A stretch of DNA of 20,815 nt, from NCBI GenBank assembly GCA_049976425.1, contig JBMFIG010000024.1, positions 1 through 20,815 on the forward strand, in the 5' to 3' direction. This stretch comes from Thermoproteus sp. (lineage in GTDB: Archaea > Thermoproteota > Thermoprotei > Thermoproteales > Thermoproteaceae). The translations under genes were made by a program, and so were the position numbers. A model generated the notes under the pieces. That model was given only the letters and a program-made list of their open reading frames with translations. It was not told the DNA's origin and searched no databases. Positions 7,726 to 15,260 of the stretch are shown in pieces; positions within the stretch are counted from its first letter, which is position 1; the number at the start of each line of letters is the position of its first letter.

Positions 7726-9522
7726 TTATTTGCCGGCAGATGCCTCTTTCCTATATTTAATCCAACCTGAAATTAAGTAGTATGTCATTATAATTCCGAG
7801 GACTAAGAGCAACGCGCCTAAAGCCGCCGAGATGAAGTTGGAGACGCTCACCACCCACTTGCCGTAAAGTATGGCGGCCGCTACCTGGACCCCTATCGGC
7901 TTGTTCAGCCAGGCGTAGAGGCCGTAGACGTACGTCTCCCATGCGAGGGCCGCGAGGGTGGTTATCGCCATGAAGATGCCGGGCACGAAGACGTACGCAG
8001 AAGGCCTTTTCTGGCTCGTCAAGAATATGGCCACCAGCAAGAGCGCGAGCCCTGCCAACAGCTGGTTGGTGCCTCCAAAGAATATCCAAAGGTTTGTCCA
8101 AGAGCCTACGAAGGCCAAGAAACCGGCGACTACAAGTATTATCAACGACGAGATATACTTATTGCCGAGAGGAGAGCCCTCGAAGAGATCCGCCATAACC
8201 ATTCTGAACACCCTCACGAAGAGCATGGACGTAATTAGGCCCATGACCGTGACGAAGATGCCGTACAGTATGCTCATGAAAACCGGCGGCACGTGCAGTA
8301 GGCTTATGGTCAGCTTCGTGGCGCCCTGGACGTAAGCCGCCGCGCCGGCCGGCGGAGCCGCCAGAGCCATTATAGCAGCTATGGAGGAGAGGGCCACCGC
8401 GCCCTCCGTCATCATGGCGCCGCCGCCGACCGGGAGCGCGTCAGTCTCGTACTCAAGCTGCTTCGAAGTGAGGCCCGACGAGATCAAGCTGTGCCAGCCC
8501 GATATCGCGCCGCAGGCTATCGTGACGAAGAGTATCGGCCATATGGGGCCTCCCTGCGGATTAACTAGCGGATCTACGTAGAGGGCCTTCACGGCGGTTT
8601 GTTGTATCGTTATGCCGGTGAGCGGCGTGGCTATGGCGGCGATGAGGACCAGGACCAGCGCTATTATAGACGGGAGGTACCCGACGTAGACAGTGGGCAG
8701 GAGGAACTTGGGCATTACGGTGACGGCCGCCACGAAGTATATCACCGACAGGAGCACGAGCCAGAAGAGCACCGTCATGGTGCCAGGCCAAGTAAGGGTC
8801 TCGGGCTTCGCTCCGCCTAGAGGCGGGAACTTGGAAAGGTATGCCGGGCTGTCAAGGAAGTTTGTGGGCGGGTTGCGCACCGCTGGCACAAGGGTCACTG
8901 TGAAGTACCCGACGAGGACTATCAACAAGGCTATTAAGGTCGCCTTCAACACGTCCATCCTCATCTTGAAGACCATCTGTCCGAAGAGGACGCCGCCCAG
9001 CAAGACGAACAGCACCGCGGTGAAGGTGCCGGGGACTCTGTTCAGGACGTCGATGATCACCCACTCGAAAACAGCGGTGATTATTATCACATAGAATATG
9101 AGATACACCAGGAGTATGGTCCTCGCCCTGCCGCCTAACAGCTTGTACGTTATGGGGCCCATCGACCGCCCCTCGCTCCTGATAGACATCATCATGGCTG
9201 AGTAGTCCTGTACCCAGCCGATGAACATGTTGCCGAAGATAACCCAGAGCAACGCCGGGATCCAGCCGTAGAAGAGCGCCCCCGTGAGCGGGCCCACTAT
9301 TGGGCCGAGCGCAGCCACGGACTTGAACTGGTAGCCGAACAGCACGTATTTAGAGACGGGGAAGTACTCGACGCCGTCGAAGTACAGCTTGGCCGGGGTC
9401 GGCCTGTTGGGATCGGCGTTCCAGATCTTGCGATCTACGTATTTAGAGTAGGTCATATAGGTAATAAAATATAGTATTAACCCTGCCAATACATAGGGGG
9501 CCGGCGTATCGAAGAAGCCCAT
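7726..9522 (-). CDS. cstA: Carbon starvation protein A (CstA) family membrane transporter
   Basis: 598 aa polytopic membrane protein with PTPA..YFDGVEY, GPIVGP, YGWIPALLWVIFG, PIWPILFVTIACGAISGWHSLISSG.TSKQL and LWIFFGGTNQLLA. Confidence 0.92.
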   Translation of the reverse strand: MGFFDTPAPYVLAGLILYFITYMTYSKYVDRKIWNADPNRPTPAKLYFDGVEYFPVSKYVLFGYQFKSVAALGPIVGPLTGALFYGWIPALLWVIFGNMFIGWVQDYSAMMMSIRSEGRSMGPITYKLLGGRARTILLVYLIFYVIIITAVFEWVIIDVLNRVPGTFTAVLFVLLGGVLFGQMVFKMRMDVLKATLIALLIVLVGYFTVTLVPAVRNPPTNFLDSPAYLSKFPPLGGAKPETLTWPGTMTVLFWLVLLSVIYFVAAVTVMPKFLLPTVYVGYLPSIIALVLVLIAAIATPLTGITIQQTAVKALYVDPLVNPQGGPIWPILFVTIACGAISGWHSLISSGLTSKQLEYETDALPVGGGAMMTEGAVALSSIAAIMALAAPPAGAAAYVQGATKLTISLLHVPPVFMSILYGIFVTVMGLITSMLFVRVFRMVMADLFEGSPLGNKYISSLIILVVAGFLAFVGSWTNLWIFFGGTNQLLAGLALLLVAIFLTSQKRPSAYVFVPGIFMAITTLAALAWETYVYGLYAWLNKPIGVQVAAAILYGKWVVSVSNFISAALGALLLVLGIIMTYYLISGWIKYRKEASAGK

Positions 9523-9552
9523 ATAGCAACTTCTAATCCCTATTTTTAAGCA

Positions 9553-10110
9553 TTACTTCTTTATATATTTCCCTAAAATCTCAATGATAGTTTTCGATGT
9601 TTGTATAGCGGAGATGCAGTTGTCGGAGGCTATATATATTTGGAGCGGGGAGCCTCCGCCTACCACGATCCTCGCCACGCCGAGCCTCGCGCAGGCCTCG
9701 GCCAGCTCGGCCACAAGCGCCCTGGGATACGACCGCCCGACCACGTAGCACCTGCCGATTCTCTCAGCTGGGCCGAGAGCCCCCTTGCTCGACATGTCGA
9801 GTTGCCAAGGCAGGCGGACGCCGAGGTCTACCTTCACCACAGCGACGGGCCTCCGTCGGGCTAGAAGGCTCGCGGCCAGATTAAACGGATTATCCCAGGG
9901 AAGCCTCTGCACGAAGATCCCCACATACTTCGCCCATCCGCACTCCATCTCGACCAGATAGGAGGTGCCGGTGGCGAGGTAACGGGACGTCTTGCATGGA
10001 CCACAGCTCCTTGCGGCCTTCGCGTTGACCCGGCGTCCGACGACCGTGGCGAGGCTGTACCAGGCCCCGATGAACACGGCGAGAAGCACCACGATAGTCG
10101 GCAGATCCAT
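9553..10110 (-). CDS. Hypothetical protein with N-terminal membrane anchor, upstream of cstA
   Basis: Start placed at ATG 10110 (MDLPTIVVLLAVFIGAWYSLATVVGRRVN), 185 aa. The longer ORF-track start overlaps the divergent gene. Confidence 0.75.
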   Translation of the reverse strand: MDLPTIVVLLAVFIGAWYSLATVVGRRVNAKAARSCGPCKTSRYLATGTSYLVEMECGWAKYVGIFVQRLPWDNPFNLAASLLARRRPVAVVKVDLGVRLPWQLDMSSKGALGPAERIGRCYVVGRSYPRALVAELAEACARLGVARIVVGGGSPLQIYIASDNCISAIQTSKTIIEILGKYIKK

Positions 10111-10134
10111 AAAAAACGGGCCGTCTTTAATTGT

Positions 10135-10404
10135 ATGAGGCGTATCTCGGCTAGATACTCGCGGGAAGGTCTCTTCGTGGACGGCAAGAAGATCCCAGAA
10201 GGCTTCTCCCCGATAGAGCTGTTGGCCGCCGCGGTGGCCTACGGCGTCGGGTCTAAGCATATGGACGCCGGCCTCGGCGGGTACGAGATCGAGTGCCTAG
10301 TGGAGGGCGACGAGGTGCGCTGTAGGGGAAAGTGTACGGGCGTCGAGGAGCGCTGTCTCGTGTTCAGACTTCTGAGGAGGGCGGTCGCCTTTGAATGCGT
10401 CTAG
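10135..10404 (+). CDS. Small OsmC-like hypothetical protein
   Basis: GFSPIELLAAAVAYG and EERCLVFRLL resemble the two OsmC/Ohr signature segments; 89 aa. Confidence 0.6.
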   Translation: MRRISARYSREGLFVDGKKIPEGFSPIELLAAAVAYGVGSKHMDAGLGGYEIECLVEGDEVRCRGKCTGVEERCLVFRLLRRAVAFECV

Positions 10405-10811
10405 AAAGGCCTCAGAGGCGCCGGCCTGGGTATCTGCGGCGGGATCGCGGTGTGCCATATGAGGTAGGAGGCCAGGGCCGTTATCAACGTCGCCAGCAAC
10501 ACAGCGGCGAGGGCCCTCAATAGGCCTACGCCTGTCAACGCCGATATTGCTCCGAGGGCCAGCAAAACGCCTAGGAGAAACGCCGCGGGGATAGCGAAGA
10601 GCAAGAAGGGAGGAAATACCGCGGCTAGCACGACCGATACGAACAACCCGATCACTACACCTAGTATGAAGAGTATGGGCGCCAGCACTGCGGCGAGGAG
10701 GACCAGGAGGGGATTCACCGGCCTGCCCTTGAGCAGAGTGAGGGAGCCCCAGAGCGCGAGGAGCCACAAGACGGCCCAGACGACTAAACCGAGCATAGAG
10801 CTACCTAACAT
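10401..10811 (-). CDS. Hypothetical membrane protein
   Basis: 136 aa, almost entirely hydrophobic; alternative start at 10796. Confidence 0.75.
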   Translation of the reverse strand: MLGSSMLGLVVWAVLWLLALWGSLTLLKGRPVNPLLVLLAAVLAPILFILGVVIGLFVSVVLAAVFPPFLLFAIPAAFLLGVLLALGAISALTGVGLLRALAAVLLATLITALASYLIWHTAIPPQIPRPAPLRPF

Positions 10812-10832
10812 AGAGCTAACGCACCCGTGATA

Positions 10833-10882
10833 TCAGCATTTTCGGTCACGGTCACCGGGCCCCTAGCGGAAGGACTCATCAC
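10833..10882 (-). ncRNA. C/D-box guide sRNA
   Basis: Minus strand reads GTGATGA-GTCCTTCCGCTA-GGGG-CCCG-GTGACCG-TGACCGAAAATG-CTGA: perfect C and D boxes, two 12-nt guides, 50 nt long. The C box overlaps the stop codon of the upstream gene. Confidence 0.8.
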
Positions 10883-12051
10883 GGCACCACCCTAGCCCCT
10901 ATATACGTCAAATATTCTTTAGCCTCCTCGTAGACGTCGTCGAGGACGAAGGCGAGGTGGTTGCCGAGCCCCGCCTCGTATATGTCCTTGGCCGAGCCCG
11001 TCAAGAGCTTGAGGCCCACCTGGCTGTTGCAAGCCTCCACCCTCTCGGCCTCGACAGTGACGGCTCTGAGCAGTAGGGCCTTCTTGAGATCCGCCGAGAC
11101 TCTCAGCAAGGTTGCCGCGACTCCCGACGGGAACTTAGCCCTTATGGCCGCAGGGGCCTTGATGAGCATCCTCCCCACGATGGAGTACTCCTCCGCCATC
11201 ATGGGCGGGGCCCCGTCGTGGGTCAAGACCAATAGGTCGCCCTCGGCCACGTTCACGTTGCCCATCCAGGCGGGTCCGCCCGAGAGGCGTGACAACACGT
11301 ACATGGAGTACAACGCCCTCAGATCGCCCTCGCAGGCCGCGGGGACGCCCATCTGGTTCAGAAGGGCCAGCGAGATGCAGGGGGTCCAGCCCAGCCTGCG
11401 CACCGCCTCCCTGTCGAAACACCAACAGCCGAGGGTCAGACCGTCCCACCCCCTCTTTTTCGCCAGCTCCGCCAGCCTCTTGGCGTATGCGGCCATGGGC
11501 GCGAGCTGGACGTCGGAGAACTCGCTGGAGCTGGCGCCGGCCGCGAGCCTCCTGGCGTCCTCCAAGCCGGATCTCGTGTCGAGCCCCGAGAGGCTCTCCT
11601 CTAGGGATATCTGGTCGACCGTGACCAACGTCATGTTGCTGGAGACCAGCCAGGGGTTGGGCGCGCCCACCAGGCCGAAGCGGGGGGTGCCCGACTTGAT
11701 GAGGTCGATAAGCCTCAGCGCTCTGACGACCCTCTCGTCGAGCCGTTGATCCGGCCCCGAGAGGGCTATCACCTTGGCGTACCTCCCCGAGTCCCTCAAG
11801 GCGGCAGACGCCTCAAGCGCCGAGGGCAACGAGTTGTAGTGGGGCCACGCCAGTATCACGTTGTACTGTCTCGCCGACGCCAAGATCTCGTTCTCGGCCC
11901 CTCCGGTCAACACCACTACTACGGCCACGTCGGAGTCCGGCCTCAGCGATAGGCCTAGGCCGGCCAGTTGCTTCTTGAAATCCTCGTAGTAGGACCTCTT
12001 GACGTCCTCGGCCACATCGCGGGAGGCGGACACGGCTAGGAATACCTCCAC
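10879..12051 (-). CDS. L-fucose isomerase-related protein
   Basis: 390 aa with VLTGGAE, NSLPSALE, CW, TPCISLALLN..GVPAACEGD and GLGNHLA, typical of fucose-isomerase-like proteins. Confidence 0.75.
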   Translation of the reverse strand: MEVFLAVSASRDVAEDVKRSYYEDFKKQLAGLGLSLRPDSDVAVVVVLTGGAENEILASARQYNVILAWPHYNSLPSALEASAALRDSGRYAKVIALSGPDQRLDERVVRALRLIDLIKSGTPRFGLVGAPNPWLVSSNMTLVTVDQISLEESLSGLDTRSGLEDARRLAAGASSSEFSDVQLAPMAAYAKRLAELAKKRGWDGLTLGCWCFDREAVRRLGWTPCISLALLNQMGVPAACEGDLRALYSMYVLSRLSGGPAWMGNVNVAEGDLLVLTHDGAPPMMAEEYSIVGRMLIKAPAAIRAKFPSGVAATLLRVSADLKKALLLRAVTVEAERVEACNSQVGLKLLTGSAKDIYEAGLGNHLAFVLDDVYEEAKEYLTYIGARVVP

Positions 12052-12090
12052 GGAATTCGCCGCAGGCGAGAATAAAAAGGTTTAGATCCG

Positions 12091-12402
12091 CTACAAGAAC
12101 GAAATGTATATTAGATAGCCCGTCACGGCGATGCCGATAGCCCATACGTATATATCTGCCCTCTTCCCCACGCGCAGAGCCCATAGAGAGAACCCGGCGA
12201 TGGCGTGTAGAGAGCCGGCTATAATTAAGAACATGGGCAGTAGGTCTAGGTGTAGCCTTGCGCATACGGCGTACGGTATAGGGAAGGCGTAGGGCTTAGC
12301 CATGCAGTAGCCCGTCAACACCGCCGTGAACCCCAAGGCGGCCAGCAGAGCCGACGTGAGATCTGTCAACGCTAGGTAGATGAGATTTTTATTGAGTCCC
12401 AT
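12091..12402 (-). CDS. Small three-helix membrane protein, possible b-type heme binder
   Basis: 103 aa with three hydrophobic segments; two His (RLHLD, SLHAIAG) flank the second helix. Confidence 0.7.
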   Translation of the reverse strand: MGLNKNLIYLALTDLTSALLAALGFTAVLTGYCMAKPYAFPIPYAVCARLHLDLLPMFLIIAGSLHAIAGFSLWALRVGKRADIYVWAIGIAVTGYLIYISFL

Positions 12403-12431
12403 ATATATCTGTGAGCAGGAGAAATATCTTA

Positions 12432-13253
12432 ATGTTGATGCTGTTAAGCCCGTTATATAGGCTGATAGCCTCCCTCGTAGTAGCCGCCGGGGCTCTAGGC
12501 GCCCTATCGCTGACCGCGACGGGGTTCCGGAAGGGCGGAGGCGCCGGCAAGGCGGCGAGCGGCGAGATCTTTCTGCCGATCCCCAGCCTGAGCGGGACCA
12601 TGTCGGTCGAGGAGGCCTTGTCGAGGAGGAGGTCGGTGAGGGAGTATCTGAAAAGCCCCATAACTCTGTCGGAGCTGTCCCAGATCTTGTGGGCCGCCTA
12701 CGGCATATCTGAGACCAGATGGGGCTTGAGGACCGCGCCCAGCGCCGGCGCCATATATCCGCTGAACGTCTACGTCGTTGTCGGCGAGGGAGGGGTATCG
12801 GGGGACGGGGGCGCGCTCGAGGCGGGAGTGTATAAGTATCTGCCGCATAGGCATTCGATAGTTCTCCTCAAAGGCGGGGACGTGAGGAGGAGGCTGTACG
12901 AGGCGGCCCTACGCCAGATCTGGGTCCTCGAAGCTCCCGTCTCCCTTGTTGTGACGGCCCAGTACGAGAAGACGGCGAGGATATACGGCGAGAGGGGCAG
13001 GGTGAGGTACGTGCATATGGATCTCGGCCATCTGGGCCAGAACGTCTACCTCCAGGCCACTGCTCTGGGGCTGGGGACCGTGGCCGTGGGGGCTTTCGAC
13101 GACGACGGGGTGAGGGAGGTTCTGGGGCTCCCCGACGGGGAGACCCCGCTGTATATAATGCCTGTGGGGAGGGTTGCGAGGCTGTACCGGATCAGCCGGG
13201 AGGAGCTCGCCGAGTACTACTCAAGGAACAGATCTACCCCCCTCGCCCCATAG
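12432..13253 (+). CDS. SagB/ThcOx-family FMN-dependent oxidoreductase (nitroreductase fold) with N-terminal hydrophobic segment
   Basis: MSVEEALSRRRSVREY, LSQILWAAYG, LRTAPSAGAIYPL, MDLGHLGQNVYLQATALGLGTVAVGAFDD. Start uncertain (12411, 12432 or 12438). Confidence 0.88.
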   Translation: MLMLLSPLYRLIASLVVAAGALGALSLTATGFRKGGGAGKAASGEIFLPIPSLSGTMSVEEALSRRRSVREYLKSPITLSELSQILWAAYGISETRWGLRTAPSAGAIYPLNVYVVVGEGGVSGDGGALEAGVYKYLPHRHSIVLLKGGDVRRRLYEAALRQIWVLEAPVSLVVTAQYEKTARIYGERGRVRYVHMDLGHLGQNVYLQATALGLGTVAVGAFDDDGVREVLGLPDGETPLYIMPVGRVARLYRISREELAEYYSRNRSTPLAP

Positions 13254-14441
13254 GCCCAGATCCCTTAGGAAGCGCGGCGCGAGGTAGAGAGAGGACGCGA
13301 AGACGGCGAGGGCCGAGAGGAGGAAGGACAAATTAGGCGATATCGAGTACAGATACCCGCCCACGAGGCCGCCCACCACGGTGCCTAGATATTCCAAGGC
13401 CAGAGAGGCGCCCATGGCCCTCCCCCTGCTCGTCTGGGCGACTCTGTCCCCTATGACGGCGCGCCTCACGGCGATCACTATCTCGGAGCCGACCCCCGAG
13501 GTGAGGGCGGCTAGGGCCACCGCCACCTTGTGCCTCCACAAACCCGCCGTCATGAAGCCGGCCGCGGTGAGCATGAGCCCCGAGAACATGGCGGTGGCTC
13601 TAGGAGCTCTGTCTATGACCGGCGTCATCACTAGGCCGAAGGCCATGGCTATGCCCGTCGCGGCGCTCTGGATAGCCCCCCAGGCGGCGTTGTCGAGGCC
13701 GAGCACACTCGTCGCGTAGAGGACGCCGAACCTCTGCAGAGGCACCGCCGCCGCGTTGACTATAAGCCCGAGCACAAGCACGTATATCACGAGCCCGTCC
13801 AGAGCCCCCAAGCCTTTCCAGAAGGCGAGCGACTGGGCGACCATCTTGGGCACGTCCCTCAGGGGGATCTCTTGCACCGGCACGGTCTCCCTCAAGGCCC
13901 TCATCCTGAAGAGGGCCACCGCGGCCGACACGGCGCCGGAGATGAGGAACGATATCCTCATGCCGGCAAGCCCCATAACGTCGAGCAGATACCCCCCTAC
14001 TGGCGGCAGGAAGAGCCACGGCACTTGGGGCAATATCGCGGTCAGCATCATGCCGCCGCCCCTCCGCTCGGGCGGGAGCGAGTCCAGGAGTATGGCCGCC
14101 AGCGCCGGCTGGTAGAAGTGCATGGCCGAATCTACGACGTAAACCGCAACGAACATGCGCCAGTCCGTCACGGCGGCGTACAGGAACTGCGTAGCAGTTA
14201 TCCCCCAGGTGCCTATCACTATGGATCTGCGCCTGCCGATGATGTCGGTCAAGACGCCGCCGGGCAACACCGCGAGCATGTTGGCCAACGAGCCGAGGGC
14301 TGTCGCCACGCCTATGTCCACGTCGGAGGCACCCAGCAGATGCATATACATCGAGAGGTAGGGGAACGTCAGAGCCGACGATATGGCGAAGAGGAACCAA
14401 GAGACTATCATGACGCCGACGTTTCCCCTCAGCCAGCTCAT
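13221..14441 (-). CDS. MFS transporter
   Basis: Start ATG 14441 (MSWLRGNVGVM), ATGA-coupled to the surE stop. Motif A GGVLTDIIGRRRSI, DSLPPERRG and RGRAMG; 406 aa. Confidence 0.88.
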   Translation of the reverse strand: MSWLRGNVGVMIVSWFLFAISSALTFPYLSMYMHLLGASDVDIGVATALGSLANMLAVLPGGVLTDIIGRRRSIVIGTWGITATQFLYAAVTDWRMFVAVYVVDSAMHFYQPALAAILLDSLPPERRGGGMMLTAILPQVPWLFLPPVGGYLLDVMGLAGMRISFLISGAVSAAVALFRMRALRETVPVQEIPLRDVPKMVAQSLAFWKGLGALDGLVIYVLVLGLIVNAAAVPLQRFGVLYATSVLGLDNAAWGAIQSAATGIAMAFGLVMTPVIDRAPRATAMFSGLMLTAAGFMTAGLWRHKVAVALAALTSGVGSEIVIAVRRAVIGDRVAQTSRGRAMGASLALEYLGTVVGGLVGGYLYSISPNLSFLLSALAVFASSLYLAPRFLRDLGLWGEGGRSVP

Positions 14442-15190
14442 GGCCGCCGACGACTGCCGTTGATGATATCCGACGCGCGCATGGCCAGATCCTCGACCTG
14501 GCAGACGCCTTCGGCGCATATGCCCACGGCCGTGGCCGCCCTCTCGGCGTAGAAGGCGTAGGCGTCTGTGTCTCTGGGGAACTCCTCCCTCCTGGGGCCC
14601 CAACGCCAGTAGAACTCCTCCCCTCTGGGATCCACGAATTTGTAGAGCCTCTCGGCGTAGAGGCCCACGGCCAGCGACCGCGGGCTGGCCAGCCTCCCGC
14701 TCCAGCCCTCCGGCACGTTGACGGAGACAGCGAGCAAGCCGTCGCGGCGGTATCCGTCCAGCGCCTCCACAAACGCCGAGAGCAGAGACAAGGCCTTGCC
14801 TAGATCCGCGCCCGGCTCCATAGACACGGCGAGGCCCACGCGGCCGAGAACCCCCGCTTGGATCGCCGCGGCGACTGTCCCGCTCCCGTAGGTCGACTCG
14901 AAGCCTATGTTCTCGCCTATGTTGACGCCGCTCACGACCAGCTCGGCGTCGGGCGCTATGAGGTTCAACGCCAAGAACACCGCATCCGTGGGGAACCCGT
15001 TGACCAGATAATACCTGCCGATCTTCCTAGCCCTCAGCGGCTTGTGGTAGGTCCTCGCGAGGCCTGTGGCGCTCCTCTGCCTCTCGGGCACCATCACTAC
15101 TACAGCGTGGCCTCTCTCCTCGAGGGCCTTCACCACAGGCTCGAGGACAGGGGTGTGCGGACCGTCGTCGTTTGTGACTACTATCTTCAC
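14438..15190 (-). CDS. surE: 5'/3'-nucleotidase SurE
   Basis: KIVVTNDDG, QRSATG, NGFPTD, VVSGVNIGENIG and SGTVAAA. Confidence 0.93.
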   Translation of the reverse strand: MKIVVTNDDGPHTPVLEPVVKALEERGHAVVVMVPERQRSATGLARTYHKPLRARKIGRYYLVNGFPTDAVFLALNLIAPDAELVVSGVNIGENIGFESTYGSGTVAAAIQAGVLGRVGLAVSMEPGADLGKALSLLSAFVEALDGYRRDGLLAVSVNVPEGWSGRLASPRSLAVGLYAERLYKFVDPRGEEFYWRWGPRREEFPRDTDAYAFYAERAATAVGICAEGVCQVEDLAMRASDIINGSRRRP

Positions 15191-15260
15191 AAGGCGCCTC
15201 TCCCCACCCCTATTTCTCCATTACGCCGTTATAGTTATTAACCGAGCCGCACCGACGGCA

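Noticed and set aside
12432-13253. TOMM/RiPP biosynthetic cluster
   Set aside because: No YcaO, precursor peptide or peptidase nearby; stand-alone SagB-like genes are common in archaea.
14460-14505. Possible C/D-box sRNA (TTGATGA...CAGA) antisense to the end of surE
   Set aside because: Imperfect boxes, no convincing C'/D' pair, no recognisable guide, and it lies fully within coding sequence.
15066-15260. N-terminal extensions from the ORF track for fau-1, and likewise for MFS (14603), ctaB (18331), ATPase 2 (6483) and the gene at 10260
   Set aside because: They overlap neighbouring genes or promoters; downstream starts fit family N-termini, TATA spacing or ATGA coupling.
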